A DNA stretch of 64,000 nucleotides from an uncultured Candidatus Rokubacteria bacterium (GCA_963708025.1 CAVPSB010000014.1:320001-384000); one strand, 5' to 3'. Numbered from the stretch's first letter, positions 1-11,530 are shown. Made by a program: numbers and translations. The notes: generated from the letters alone by a model not told the origin.

Positions 1-1322
1 GTCAGGGCGGCCGGGGAGTAGTCGAGCTTCTTCATCACGTAGCCGAGGACGCCGAACACGAGCATCAGGCCGACGTCCCACACCCGGTTGTTGGCGGCGT
101 ACGCCCCGGTGACGCAGAAGACGATGATCAGCGGCATCAGGATGTTGTAGGGGATGCGGAGGGCCCAGACGAACATCGGGATGAAGGCCAGGTTCAGGAT
201 CACCAGCATCACGTTGCCGATGTACATCGAGGCGATCAGGCCCCAGACGAAGTCCGGGTTCTTCTCGAAGAGGAGGGGCCCCGGCCGGAGCCCCCACATC
301 AGGAGGCCGCCCAGCAGCACCGCGGTCGTCCCCGACCCGGGGATGCCGAGGGAGAGCAGCGGGCACCATCGCGCCGGCCGAGGCCGCGTTGTTCGCCGAC
401 TCGGGGCCGGCCACCCCCTCGATGGCGCCCGTGGCCGAACTCCTCGGGGTGCTTCGAGACCTTCTTCTCCACCGTGTAGGCGAGGAAGGAGGCGATGGTG
501 GAGCCGGCGCCCGGCAGGACGCCGATGAAGAAGCCGAGCACCGTGCCCCGCAGCGATCGCCCAGCGGCTGCGCACCCAGTCGGCCCGGCGGGGCCAGACG
601 TCCCGCAGCCCGTAGGTGGCCCGGAGGATCTTCATGTCGGTCGGCGCTCTCGGCCCCGACCAGCACCTCGCCGAGGCCGAAGAGCCCGATGGCCACCGGC
701 AGGAAATCGACGCCGTCCAGCATCTCGTTGATGCCGGCGGTGTAGCGGGGGTCGCCGGAGATGATGTCGAATCCCACCATCGCGAGCATCAGCCCGAGCA
801 CCATGCTGATGTAGCCCTTCACCGCGTTCTCGCCGGTGAGCCCGGTCACGGTGGTGAGCCCGAGCAGCATCAGGGCGAAGGTCTCCGGGGGGCCGAAGCG
901 AGAGCGCCCAGCGGACGAGGGTGGGCGACATCAGCATGAGCAGCACCACCCCGAAGGTCCCGGCGATGAACGAGCCGATCGCCGCCACTGCCGAGCGCCG
1001 GCCCGGCCCGGCCCTGGAGCGCCATCTGGTAGCCGTCGATGCACGTGACCACCGACGCCGACTCGCCGGGGGTGTTGATGAGCACCGAGGTGATGGTGCC
1101 GCCGTACTGGGAGCCGTAGTAGATGGCGGTCAGCATGATGATGGCCGAGGTCGGCGGCATGCCGAAGGTCAGCGGCAGCAGCAGCGCGACGCCCGGAGAC
1201 CGGCCCGATGCCCGGCAGGGCGCCGATGAAGGTGCCGACGACGACGCCGGCCAGCGCCATCAGCAGGTTGAAGGGCGAGAGGCGATCGAGAAGCCGAGGA
1301 TCAGGTTGTCGAAGACGTCCAT
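1..1322 (-). CDS. tctA: Tripartite tricarboxylate transporter permease TctA; runs off the window edge, several frameshifts
   Basis: Pieces in successive frames: [81 protein letters not shown]; downstream of tctB/tctC. Confidence 0.9.
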
Positions 1323-1331
1323 GCCGGCGCC

Positions 1332-1807
1332 TCAGAACCCCAGGACGCTGACCGGGAAGGGGACCTGGAGCCAGTAGGTGAAGACGACGTAGTTCACGAG
1401 CGCGGTGGCCGCGGCGATCCCGAGCGACGGCAGCCAGCGGTAGCCTTCGAGGAAGCGCAGGATGCCCGATCAGGAACAGCGCCGCTGCCGAGGATCATGC
1501 CGACCACGTCGAGGAGGGCGACGAAGAGCACGGTCGCGGCCAGGACCCAGCCGAGCCGGATCAGGCCACCCCGCTCGGGCAGCCAGCGGGCCGCCGGGCG
1601 TCCCGGCGCGGCTGGCTCCGACGAAGAGCAGCAGCGCCAGGATCCCCATGGCGAGCGCCCAGCCAGACCGGAAGGAAGCCCGGAGCCGGGCCCGGTGGTG
1701 CCCCAGTAGGGATACGCGCGGAGGGCGACCACCGTGTAGCCGATCGCGAGGGCGAGGAGAACGAGCCCCGCGACCTGGTCGGCCCGGCGGACGGAGCCGC
1801 CGCTCAC
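1332..1807 (-). CDS. tctB: Tripartite tricarboxylate transporter small permease TctB; frameshifted
   Basis: Hydrophobic RRADQVAGLVLLALAIGY...GPGSG, LIRLGWVLAATVLFVALL; ends YWLQVPFPVSVLGF*; lies between tctC and tctA. Confidence 0.8.
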
Positions 1808-2800
1808 TTCTTGATGGCGCCGAGGTCGGTCAACGCCTTCTGGTACTTCGCACGGAGGCCGTCCAGGTACTCGTTCGCCTCTTCGCCGGTCCAGAAGACC
1901 GGGGTGAGCAGGTTCCGCTGGATGTACTGCTCCTGCCACTTCGTGGTCTCGGTCACCTTCTTCAGCGTGTCCTGCCACCACTTGACGGGCTCGTCGCCCA
2001 TGTCGGCGGGGCCGACCACGCCGCGCATCTGCTCCCACAGCACGTCGTAGCCCTTCTCCTTGAAGGTCGGCACGCTCGGCGCGCCCTTCAGCCGCTGCTT
2101 GGAGGCGACCGCCAGGTACTTGGCCTTGCCGGCCTCGATCTGGGCGACGATCTCGTTCGGGTTCTCGACCGCGGCGTCGACGTGGCCGCCCATGAGCGCC
2201 ACGGTGACCTCGCCGCCCGAGTTGAACGGCACGTACTTGACCTTGGTGCCGGTGGCCTTCTCCATGAGGTACGTGAAGATGTGGTCCTCGGAGTTGGTGG
2301 CGGTGCCGCCCACGGTGAGCTGGCCCGGCCGCTCCTTGGCCGCCTTGACGAAGTCCTCGAGCGTCTGGTACTTGGAGTCGGACTTCACCGCGAGCGTCAG
2401 ATCGTCCACGGCGACGACCGCGAGCATCGTCATGGCGTCGCGGTGGTCTCCGGAGAGGCGGCCCTCGAGTCTTGCCGCTCACGATGGTCGGCGTGGCGCC
2501 GGCGACCACGTAGGGATTCCCCTTCTTGCCGATCAGGTAGGTGTAGCCGACGGCGCCGCTCCCACCGGCCTTGTTCACCACGTTGATCGACGCCGGCGAG
2601 AGCTTGTTCTCGTCGATGATGCCGATGATCATGCGCATCAGGTTGTCGGTGCCGCCGCCCGGGGCGTAGGGCACGACGACCTCGACCGGCCGGCTCGGAT
2701 ACTTCCCCTGGGCGGCCGCCGGGCCGGCGACGGCGGAGACCAGCGTGAGGAGGGTCAGCACGACAACCGTCGTCGGGCGCCGAATGCTTCGCTGGGTCAT
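1804..2800 (-). CDS. tctC: Tripartite tricarboxylate transporter substrate-binding protein (Bug/TctC); frameshift near 2470
   Basis: Signal peptide then YPSRPVEVVVPYAPGGGTD, NKAGGSGAVG, YVPFNSGGEVTVALMGGHVD. Confidence 0.9.
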
Positions 2801-2837
2801 CGGGTGCTCCTTTCGCATGTAGGGGGTGGAGGGTCGG

Positions 2838-3618
2838 CTACGTGCCGGTCCAGCGCGGCTTCTTCTTGTCGAGGAAAGCGCGGACCCCTTCCCGGAAGTC
2901 GGCGCTCCCGTAGGCGAGGGCGATCAGGTCCTCGCCGTCGGGCAGGCGGCGCGCGGCCTGGATCCGGCGGATCGCCTCCTTCGTGATCCGGAGCGTGAGT
3001 GGCGCGTGCTCGGCGATCTCGGCCGCGAGCGCGCGGGTCCGGGCGTCGAGCCCCTCCGCCGGCACGATCTCGTGGACGAAGCCCGCCGCGTGGGCCTCGG
3101 CGGCCGAGAGGAGCCGGGCGGTGAAGACCAGCTCGGTGAGCCGCGACGGCCCGAAGAGGTCGAGGAAGCGCGCGTAGGCGTCCATCGAGACGCAGTTGCC
3201 CAGCGTCCGCGCGATCGGTAGACCCAGGCGGGCGTCGGCGGTCGCCAACCGCAGGTCGCAGGCGGCTGCCAGCTCGAAGCCGCCGCCGGTCGCGACCCCG
3301 GCGATCGCGGCGATCACCGGCTTGGTGACCCGGGCCGAGGCGGCCGACCCAGCGGTCCAGGTCCCGCTCGTAGCGGAGGCCGTCCTCGGCGGTCGAGAAG
3401 GCCGTGAACTGGGCGATGTCGGTGCCGGCCGCGAACGCCTTGCCGCCGGCGCCGCGCAGCACCAAGACCCGCACCGCCTCGTCGGCGTCCACTTCCTCGC
3501 ACGCCCGGTACAGGCCCTCGTACATGGCCCACGTGAGCGCGTTGCGGGCCGCCGGGCGGTTGAAGGTGAGGGTGAGGACGGGGCCGTCGCGGGCAACCAG
3601 GACCTCGTCGGTAGCCAC
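2838..3618 (-). CDS. Enoyl-CoA hydratase/isomerase family protein; frameshift near 3335
   Basis: TLTFNRPAARNALT, AFAAGTDI, KPVIAAIAGVATGGGFELAAACDLR, SADFREGVRAFLDKKKPRWTG. Confidence 0.88.
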
Positions 3619-3640
3619 GGGTGCCACGAGAATAGCGTAC

Positions 3641-3703
3641 GGGGTCAGGCCTTTCAATCTTTCGATCTCCGCCCGGATTGTTAAGAATGAAAGGCCTGAC
3701 CCC
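3641..3703. repeat. Intergenic inverted repeat (REP-like hairpin)
   Basis: GGGGTCAGGCCTTTCA (3641-3656) perfectly complements TGAAAGGCCTGACCCC (3688-3703); extends to 21 bp with one mismatch. Confidence 0.85.
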
Positions 3704-3706
3704 ATC

Positions 3707-4915
3707 TCAGGAGCGGCGAACTACGGCATCTCTGCGCTCGGTGAGCCCGGGCAGCAGGTCGACGCCCAGCCCGGGGCCCGGGGCCGGCCGCACGGTGCCG
3801 CGCTCGACGACGGGCAGGCCCGAGACCAGCTCCGTGTACCAGCCGGTGTGGAACGCCCGCACGCACTCCTGGATCAGCGCGTTCGGCGCGTTGAGGGAGA
3901 GGTGGACGCTGGCGGCCCAGACGACCGGCCCGGTGCAGTCGTGGGGCGCGATGGGCAGCCCGAAGGCCTCGGCCATCCCCGCGATGGCCTTGGCCTCGGA
4001 GAGGCCGCCGCACCAGCCGAGGTCGAGCATGACGATGCTCGCCGCCCGCGCCTCCAGGAGCTCGCGGAAGGCCTGGCGGCCCCCGAGCAGCTCGCTCGCG
4101 GTCGTGGGGATCTTCGTCGCCTGGGCGAAGCGGGCCAGGCTCGCGATGTCGTCGGGGCGGAGCGGATCCTCGATCCAGTAGGGCTCGAGGCCCTCGGCCT
4201 CGAAGGCCCGGGCGATCTTGAGCGCGGTCGGCAGGTTCCAGAGCCCGTGTAGCTCGACCATCAGCTCCATCCGCCGGCCGACGGCGCGGCGGACCTGGCG
4301 GAACGGCTCGAGCCCGCGGTCGAGGTCGGACGCCCCGATGTGACTGCCGCCGCTCGCGTAGGCGTACTCGTCGAAGGGCCACATCTTCATGCCGGTCGTG
4401 CCCTGGTCGAGAAGGCTCCGGGCCAGCTCGTCGGCCCGCCCGTGGAGCCAGGCGTCGAGGTCCTCGTAGGGCCCGCCCCGCGCGTCCGCGGGCGGCAGCC
4501 CCCAGTTCTGGAGGCTGGCGCCGGTGGCGTCCCGCACGTACCGGTAGCCGGCACAGGTGTTGTACGTCCGGATCGACGGCCGCGACGCGCCGCCGAGGAG
4601 CTGGTGGACGGGGCGCCCGCTGGCCCGGCCGGCCAGGTCCCACAGCGCGATGTCGACGGCCGAGTTGCCGCGGCTCTCGACGCCGGTGCTCCGGGTGCCG
4701 ACGTAGTTCTGGAGGCGGACCCGCAGGAGGTCGATGGCCGCCGGGTCCTGGCCCAGGAGCTTCGGCGCCGCCGTCTCGTGGAGGTAGGTCGCCACCTCGG
4801 CCGCGCCGAAGAAGGTCTCGCCGAGCCCGACCAGCCCCTCGTCGGTGTGGACCCGCACGAAGCAGAGGTTCGGGAACTCGCCGAGCCGGATGGTCTCGAG
4901 CGCCGTGATCTTCAT
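3707..4915 (-). CDS. Mandelate racemase/muconate lactonizing enzyme family (enolase superfamily), possible acid-sugar dehydratase
   Basis: MKITALET, VHTDEGLVGLGE, SAVDIALWDLAGRASGRPVHQLLGG, WIEDP, APHDCTGP. Confidence 0.9.
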   Translation of the reverse strand: MKITALETIRLGEFPNLCFVRVHTDEGLVGLGETFFGAAEVATYLHETAAPKLLGQDPAAIDLLRVRLQNYVGTRSTGVESRGNSAVDIALWDLAGRASGRPVHQLLGGASRPSIRTYNTCAGYRYVRDATGASLQNWGLPPADARGGPYEDLDAWLHGRADELARSLLDQGTTGMKMWPFDEYAYASGGSHIGASDLDRGLEPFRQVRRAVGRRMELMVELHGLWNLPTALKIARAFEAEGLEPYWIEDPLRPDDIASLARFAQATKIPTTASELLGGRQAFRELLEARAASIVMLDLGWCGGLSEAKAIAGMAEAFGLPIAPHDCTGPVVWAASVHLSLNAPNALIQECVRAFHTGWYTELVSGLPVVERGTVRPAPGPGLGVDLLPGLTERRDAVVRRS

Positions 4916-4924
4916 CCGTGACCC

Positions 4925-5750
4925 TCAGCCTTTGATGGCGCCGCTCGTCAGGCCGCTGACGAAGTAGCGCTGGAGCAGGAAGTAGAACGCGACCGGCACG
5001 ACGGTGAAGAGCGCCGTCGCGGCGAACACCAGCTCGACCGGGGTGGCCAGCTCGCCGATGAACGAGGCGAGGCCCACCGACGCCGGCCGCAGCTCGGCGG
5101 TGGTGATGAACGTGGAGGCGAAGAGGTACTCGTTCCAGCCGTCGAAGAAGGCGATCACGCTGACCGTGATCAGCGCCGGGACCGAGAGCGGCAGCGTGAT
5201 CCGCCAGAGCGCCCCCATCGGGCCGCAGCCGTCGATCAGGGCCGCCTCGCGGATCTCGCGGGGGATCGTGTCCATGAAGCTCTTCAGGATCCAGACGCCG
5301 ACCGGGACGACGAAGGCCGCGTCGGCCAGGACGAGCCCGGGGAGGCTGTCGATCAGCCCGGCCCGCCGGAAGACGACGAAGATGGGGATGATCAGGAGGG
5401 CCTCCGGGAGCATCTGGGTGGTCAGGAGCGCGAAGCCGAAGACGGAGCGCCCGCGCCAGGCGAAGTGGGAGAGGGCGTAGCCGCCGGCGATCGAGAGGAC
5501 CGAGGCAGACCAGGGTGACGCCGGCGGAGACCAGGAAGGTGTTGGTGAGCCAGGTGGCGATGGGGATCGTCCGGAACAGCTCCACGTAGGCGTCCCAGCG
5601 GATCTCCCGGGGCCAGAGGGCCGGCGGGTAGCTGATGGTGTCGCGGGTGGGACGGACCGACGTCACGAGCATCCAGTAGGCGGGGAAGAGGACCATCGCG
5701 CAGACGAGCGCCACGGCGGCGTAGAGCGCGAGACGCCGGAGGGGCCTCAA
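4925..5750 (-). CDS. Carbohydrate ABC transporter permease (MalG-like); frameshift near 5500
   Basis: FPAYWMLVTSVRP; EAA loop IPREIREAALIDGC; WNEYLFA; QRYFVSGLTSGAIKG. Confidence 0.9.
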
Positions 5751-6648
5751 ATCCCGCCGTACCCCAGCCGCCGCTGGACCGCGAAGTAGGCGGCGGCGAT
5801 CACCAGCGTCACCCCCAGCCCGGCCACCCCGACGGTGCTGCCGTAGGAGAGATCGAAGAACCGGAAGGCGTGCTCGTAGACGGCGATGACCAGCGTCTTG
5901 GTGGCGCTGGCCGGGCCGCCGCCGGTCAGGAGGTAGATCACGGTGAAGCGCCGGAACGAGAAGATCGTCGCCAGCAGCGTCATGAGGCCGAGGGTCGGCG
6001 CGATGCCGGGCAGCGTGATGTGGCGGAAGCAGGCGAGGGCGCCGGCGCCGTCGATCCGCGCCGCCTCGTACAGCTCGGCCTGGAGCGTCTGGAAGGCGGT
6101 CAGCACCACCAGGCTGTAGAAGGGGAAGATCTTCCAGAGGGTGAGCAGGATCACGCTCAGCATGGCCATCCGGGGGTCGGTGAGCCAGGGCAGGTTCTCG
6201 CGGACGGGCAGCACCCAGCGGGCGAAGACGTTGAAGACGCCGAACTGCTGGCTGAGCATCCAGGTCCAGACCAGGACCGCCGCCACCTCGGGGAAGGCGT
6301 AGGGCAGCGTGATGGCGACCCGGGCGGCGGCCCGCCCGTGGAAGCGGGCGTTCATGAGGAGGGCGGTGCCCACCGAGGTGACGACGGTGGCCGTCACCAC
6401 CAGGGCCGTGTAGAGGAGCGTCACCCTGAGGGCCTGCCAGAAGGCGGGATCGTGGAGGAGCCGGCGGTAGTTGGCGAGCCCGACCCACGCCGGCGGGACC
6501 GGGCTCAGGAGCTCGGTGCGGGTGAAGCTGGTGGCGATGCCCTGGCGCGATCGGGTAGAGGATCAGCGACCCCGATGTAGAGGGCGACCGGCAGGGCGAG
6601 GAGGTACGGGGTGGCGGCCGTTCGGAGCCGAGCCCCGCCAGCCGCCAC
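5747..6648 (-). CDS. Carbohydrate ABC transporter permease (MalF-like); frameshift near 6550
   Basis: ELYEAARIDGAGALACFRHITLP, IYLLTGGGPASATKTL; N-terminus in another frame. Confidence 0.88.
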
Positions 6649-6664
6649 CGTCCCTCCCGGCGCG

Positions 6665-7951
6665 TCAGACACGCGCGGCGAGTTCCTCGAGCGCCTTCTG
6701 CGCCTCCGCCATCGCGGCCTCGGGCGCCTTGCCGGTGGTGAGCACCTCGGAGACGCGGCTCAGCACCATCTGGCGCACCTCGGCGACGTTGGACTCGAGC
6801 CCCTCCACCAGGCCCGGGATCGGCGTGCCGCGGGAGCCCAGGAAGCCGTCCACCCAGTGGAGCTCCTTCATGTAGGCCTCGCGGGCGACACCCTTGTACG
6901 GCTCGTAGATGTCGAGGGCCGCCTCCATCAGCCCGCGGAAGTTCTCGGCCTTGAACACGAACTCCAGGAAGGCCTGGGCCGCCGCTTCTGGGTCGAGCCG
7001 GCGTAGATGCCGACGTAGTTCGGGATGTTGATGGCCCGGTGGTTCTCCCACGGGGGTGGCGCCGTGAAGATCTTCGGGTAGATCGCCGGGTTGCCGGACT
7101 TCAGGATGTTGATGTTCGCCGAGTTGTCGATGTACTGGGCGACCTTGCCCTCCCACGCCATGCGCCGGTAGGTCGAGGCGTCGGCGCCCTGGGGCATCGC
7201 CTCGTCGTAGAGACGCTTGTAGGCCTTGACGGCGTTGATGACCGGGGCCTCCGTCACCTGGGGCTTCTTCCCCTTCACCCACTGGCCGCCGTAGCCGAGC
7301 ACCCAGTGGGAGATGTCCTGCCACCAGCCGTTCTGCTCCTGCATCGTGCTGCGGGCCGCGTGGCCGAACTGGTCGGGGCGGCTGGTGAGCCGCTTGGCGG
7401 CGGCGAAGTACTCCTCCTGGCTCGCCGGGGGCTTGGCGATCCCGGCCTTCGCGTACAGCTCCTTGTTGTAGATGACGGCGTAGGGGACGTTGACCGCGAG
7501 GAGGCCGTAGAGGCGCCCGCCGGCGGTGACGAACTGGTGGACCTGGCCGGTCGAGCCGGTCCTGGATCCCGAGCCGCTGGACCACGTCGTCCACCGGGGC
7601 CAGGACCCCGGCCTTGATGAGCCGGATGCCCAGCTCGTCGTAGAAGGAGAGGACGTCGGCGTCCAGCCGGCCCCCGGCGAGCTGGGTGGTGACGCGCTGG
7701 AAGAACTCGGAGTAGGGGAAGCCCACCTCCTGGACGCGGATGTCCTTCTGCGCCTCGTGGAACTTCCGGACGACGCCGCGCCAGGCCTCGTTCCGGCCCT
7801 TCTCCGCCCACCACCAGGTGAGGTACTTCACGGTGACCGGCGTCTGGGCGGTCGCCCGCCGGGGGCGCGTGGCGGTGAGGGCGGCGCCGGCGGCGCCGGC
7901 GACGCCAGCGATGGTGGTGAGGAATGCGCGCCGGGTCGGGGCTGCGGGCAT
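6665..7951 (-). CDS. Carbohydrate ABC substrate-binding protein with Tat signal; frameshifts near 7550 and 6985
   Basis: TRRAFL twin-arginine motif; SBP family 1 segments in three frames; C-terminal KAPEAAMAEAQKALE. Confidence 0.85.
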   Translation of the reverse strand: MPAAPTRRAFLTTIAGVAGAAGAALTATRPRRATAQTPVTVKYLTWWWAEKGRNEAWRGVVRKFHEAQKDIRVQEVGFPYSEFFQRVTTQLAGGRLDADVLSFYDELGIRLIKAGVLAPVDDVVQRLGIQDRLDRPGPPVRHRRRAPLRPPRGQRPLRRHLQQGAVREGRDRQAPGEPGGVLRRRQAAHQPPRPVRPRGPQHDAGAERLVAGHLPLGARLRRPVGEGEEAPGDGGPGHQRRQGLQASLRRGDAPGRRRLDLPAHGVGGQGRPVHRQLGEHQHPEVRQPGDLPEDLHGATPVGEPPGHQHPELRRHLRRLDPEAAAQAFLEFVFKAENFRGLMEAALDIYEPYKGVAREAYMKELHWVDGFLGSRGTPIPGLVEGLESNVAEVRQMVLSRVSEVLTTGKAPEAAMAEAQKALEELAARV

Positions 7952-8061
7952 GGGCGTCACCTCCGTGAGCGTGCGGGTGGCTTGCATCGCGTCGGCGTTC
8001 GTGTCAACGATGATGGCGATTTCCCGGCGGGAGTCAAGCCGGCCCCGCCGGGATCGGCACG

Positions 8062-8559
8062 ATGACACGCGAAACGAGCATCGGCATCCGGGCGTATCGG
8101 CCCGGCGATCGGTCCGGCGTCGAAAGCTGCATCGTGACGCTGCAAGATCACGAGCGGACGCTGCAGCCCGATCGCGTGCGAGGCTGGACGATCGCGTCGC
8201 GGTACCGCCAGCTCCTGCTCCGCCGCTGCCGGCAGGGACCGGGTCGGATTTACGTGGCGACCGTGGCCGGAGAGGTCGTGGGATTCGTCTGCTTCTGGCG
8301 GGTGCGCGAGACCGGCAACCTCGTGACGACGCTGACCGACTACACGTACGTGTCCGACCTCGTGGTCCGACCCGGGTGGCGGCGGCGCGGCGTCGGACGG
8401 GCCCTGATGCGGCGGGCCGAGGGGTTCGCGCGACGGCGCGGCACCGGTGCCGTGCGTGTCAACGTGCTGGCGAGGAACACCGGGGCGTGGCGCTTCTACC
8501 GGCGGGCCGGGTTCGCGAACTACGAGGTGTCGCTGTTCAAGCGGCCTCGATCGCGGTGA
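8062..8559 (+). CDS. GNAT family N-acetyltransferase
   Basis: YVSDLVVRPGWRRRGVGRALM acetyl-CoA motif; NTGAWRFYRRAGF. Confidence 0.85.
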   Translation: MTRETSIGIRAYRPGDRSGVESCIVTLQDHERTLQPDRVRGWTIASRYRQLLLRRCRQGPGRIYVATVAGEVVGFVCFWRVRETGNLVTTLTDYTYVSDLVVRPGWRRRGVGRALMRRAEGFARRRGTGAVRVNVLARNTGAWRFYRRAGFANYEVSLFKRPRSR

Positions 8560-8566
8560 GGTGGAC

Positions 8567-9583
8567 ATGGAGCTGACCATCGTGGGAGCGGGCGCCATCG
8601 GCGGCGTCACCGGGGCCCATCTGGCCCGGGCCGGCCATCGGGTCACGCTCGTCGAGCGGGACCGCGAGCACCTGGAGGCGATCCGCCGCGACGGTCTGGA
8701 AGTCGGCGGCAAGGCGGACCTCCGGGTCCGGCTGCCCGCGCTCGGGCCGGACGAGCTCCACGGGCCGATCCCCGTGCTGATCCTGGCCGTGAAGACGCTC
8801 CACACGGTCGAGGCCCTCGCGCCGCTGGCGCCGCTCCTGGCCCCCGACGGCTACGTGGTCTCGATGCAGAACGGCCTGGAGGAGGCGAAGATCGCCGCGC
8901 TCGTGGGTCGCGAGCGGACGGTGGGCGCCTTCCTGACCTTCGGCGGCCACTACGACCGCCCGGGGCGCGTGATCTACAGCGGCCCGGGAACGCTCCGGGT
9001 GGGCGAGCTGGACAGGCGGATCACCGCGCGGGTCATCGAGCTGGCCCGGGTCCTCTCGGACTTCCACCCGGCCGAGCCGACCGCCAACATCGACGGGTAC
9101 CTGTGGGGCAAGCTGATCCTGGGCGTCATCTACTTCGCCACCGCGATGGTGGACGCGGACGTCCTGGCCATCTTCGGCGACCCGGCGTCACGCCGGATCC
9201 TCTCGGACCTGGCCACGGAGGCCGGCGACGTGGCGGACGCGCTCCGCATCCGGGTGGAACCCTTCGACGGCTTCGACGCCCGGGCCGTCGGCCGCCATCG
9301 GGAGGCTCCGGCGGCCGCCCAGGCGTCCTGGGACGGGCAGCTCGCCTACTGGCAGCGCTCGATCGCCGGCCGGACGGGGGTCTGGCGCGACCTGGCCATT
9401 CGCCACCGGCGCACCGAGGCCGGTCCCATCCTGGGCGCCCTCCTCGACGCGGCGGCCCGCGCCGACCGCCCCGCCCCCCGCACCTGCACCCTTCTCCGCA
9501 TGATCGAGGAGATCGAGGCCGGCCGGCGCACCATCGCCTGGTCGAACCTGGCGGAGCTCGACCACGCGGTCCGCGCGACGTGA
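8567..9583 (+). CDS. Ketopantoate reductase (ApbA/PanE) family oxidoreductase
   Basis: IVGAGAIGG, ILAVKT, SMQNGL, LWGKL; GAGGTG RBS. Confidence 0.85.
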   Translation: MELTIVGAGAIGGVTGAHLARAGHRVTLVERDREHLEAIRRDGLEVGGKADLRVRLPALGPDELHGPIPVLILAVKTLHTVEALAPLAPLLAPDGYVVSMQNGLEEAKIAALVGRERTVGAFLTFGGHYDRPGRVIYSGPGTLRVGELDRRITARVIELARVLSDFHPAEPTANIDGYLWGKLILGVIYFATAMVDADVLAIFGDPASRRILSDLATEAGDVADALRIRVEPFDGFDARAVGRHREAPAAAQASWDGQLAYWQRSIAGRTGVWRDLAIRHRRTEAGPILGALLDAAARADRPAPRTCTLLRMIEEIEAGRRTIAWSNLAELDHAVRAT

Positions 9584-9663
9584 CCCCGGAGCCAGCGCCC
9601 GGTCGAGCAGGCTCAGGGACACCGCTACCCAGAGGAAGTGGCGCTGGCTAGAATCACACCATC

Positions 9664-10978
9664 ATGCGAGACGGATCGCAGTACTCTTCGCGGGCCCACC
9701 CGGCGCGGTGGCGATGGCTGATCGCCGGCGTAGCGGTCGTGCTGGCGACCGCGCTGGCGCTCTCGCTGACCGAACCGCTGCCTCCGCGCAGGGTGGTGAT
9801 GGCGACCGGCCCGGAGGGCGGCGAGTACGCCGCGGTCGGACAGCGTTACCGCGAGATCTTCGCCCGACACGGCATACGGCTCGAGTTGCTCGCGACCAGG
9901 GGCTCAGTGGACAACGTCGAGAGGCTGCGCGACCCTCGCACCGGCGTCAGCGTGGCATTGGTGCAGAGCGGTGTCACCAGCGCGGTCAAGGCGCCGGAGC
10001 TGGCGTCGCTGGGCACGCTGTTCTACGAGCCGCTTTGGCTGTTCTCGCGCACCTCACCGCTGAGCCAGACGGGCAAGCTGCGAGAACAGACACGGGTGTC
10101 ATTCGGCGTTCCCGGCAGTGGAGCGTACGAGTTGACCCGCGAGCTGGCAGCCGCAGTGGGCATCGATCTCGGTCGGGCGCACGGCGCGCGACCTGAATCC
10201 GGTCGAAGCGGGGGAGGCGCTCATGAGGGGTGAGCTCGACCTGGTCGGGATCGCGGCCGCGTGGGACGCGCCGATCGTTCGCCGCCTCATGCTCGACCAC
10301 TCGGTACGACTTCAAGACTGGGTGCGGGCCGACGCGCACGTGGCGTTGCGCCCGTACCTGAGCAAGCTGGTCCTGCCGCGCGGTGTGGCCGACCTCGCGA
10401 ACGACCGCCCACCCACGGATGTCACGCTGCTCGCGACCAAGGCGAGTCTGGTGGTGCGCGAGGACCTGCATCCAGCGCTCCAGTATCTGCTTCTGGAAGC
10501 CGCCTCGGAGATACACGCCACCCCGGACGTGTTCAGCAAGGTCGGCGAGTTTCCCGCCGCCGAGCCCATCGACCTGCCGCTGAGCAGGGTCGCCCGCCAG
10601 TACTACCGGAGCGGCCAGCCGTTCCTGCCGCGCTACCTGCCGTTCTGGATGGCGGCATGGGCCTCCCGGCTGCTGGTGCTGCTGATTCCGGTGGTGGGCG
10701 TCCTCTACCCGCTGTTCCGCATCCTGCCCGCGCTCTATGACTGGGGCATGCGCCGCCGCATCTTCCGCCTCTACGGGGAGCTCAAGTTCCTGGAGGCGGA
10801 GCTCGCAAGCGGGGCGACCGGCGGCTCGACGAGCGCGGTGGCCGAGCGCCTCGACCAGCTGGAACAGCACGCTGACCGGCTGCATGTGCCCGTCGCCTTC
10901 GCGCACATGCTCTACACGTTGAAGGCTCACATCGGCCTGGTGCGACAGCGCGTGCGAGCCGCGCAGGACGGGGGCTAG
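9664..10978 (+). CDS. TAXI-family TRAP solute-binding protein with C-terminal membrane segment; frameshift near 10180
   Basis: VVMATGPEGGEY, TRGSVDNVERL, SLGTLFYEPLWLF; second frame LVVREDLHPALQYLL, PFLPRYLPFW, HVPVAFAHMLYTLKAHI. Confidence 0.8.
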
Positions 10979-11090
10979 CCAGAGCGAGCTCGCCAAAGCG
11001 ATGTTCCCGTTCGTGTTCTTCGCCACGGGCGGGACACGATGAAGCAGGACCGCGTTCTCGGCTGGGGGGCCACCGCCCCTCGCGGGGGCC

Positions 11091-11189
11091 GAGGTGCTCC
11101 GGGCCATCGAGGCCGAGGCCTTCCACCCGATCCCCGGCTGGTATTGCCAGGACTGCCCGTTCCGAAGCCGATGCTGGGCGTGGCAGTGA
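11091..11189 (+). pseudogene. C-terminal stub of a PD-(D/E)XK (RecB/AddB/Cas4-like) nuclease
   Basis: EVLRAIEAEAFHPIPGWYCQDCPFRSRCWAWQ*; terminal CxxCPFxxxC Fe-S motif; no plausible start nearby. Confidence 0.6.
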
Positions 11190-11248
11190 GCGGCGATCGC
11201 GGACCGTTCCCGGCGCCCCAGCCCCGGGCCGACGCACGCCTCCCGCGC

Positions 11249-11283
11249 TTGACGGGACAGGCCCTGGTCCTCCAGAATGGAGG
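11249..11283 (+). promoter_or_regulatory. Putative TA promoter with overlapping operator palindrome
   Basis: TTGACG-N18-CAGAAT; CCTCCA-N3-TGGAGG (11269-11283) spans the -10. Confidence 0.5.
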
Positions 11284-11299
11284 AGGATTGGAGGCTGAC

Positions 11300-11530
11300 A
11301 TGGCGATCCTCAACATCAAGAACCTGCCGGACGCGCTCTATCGGAAGCTCCAGGCCCGGGCCCGGCGCGAGCATCGCTCGGTCGCCCAGGAGGTGATCCA
11401 TCTGCTCTCGCGGGCCGTGGCGCCGCCGGAAGAGCTCTCCATCCGCGAGCTGCGGGGGCTCGGGAAGGCGGCGTGGCGGGCGCGCGACGCGGCGGCCCAC
11501 GTGGCGACGGAGCGCGCGACGTGGGACTGA
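11300..11530 (+). CDS. FitA/VapB-like ribbon-helix-helix antitoxin
   Basis: MAILNIKNLPDALYRKLQARARREHRSVAQEVIHLL; GGAGG RBS; overlaps a PIN gene. Confidence 0.85.
   Translation: MAILNIKNLPDALYRKLQARARREHRSVAQEVIHLLSRAVAPPEELSIRELRGLGKAAWRARDAAAHVATERATWD

Noticed and set aside
1-10200. Programmed frameshifting or mass pseudogenisation
   Set aside because: No shared slippery motif and no other sign of decay; sequencing error is simpler.
11091-11189. cas4 gene
   Set aside because: Only a short tail whose motif is shared with many RecB-like nucleases; no CRISPR context.
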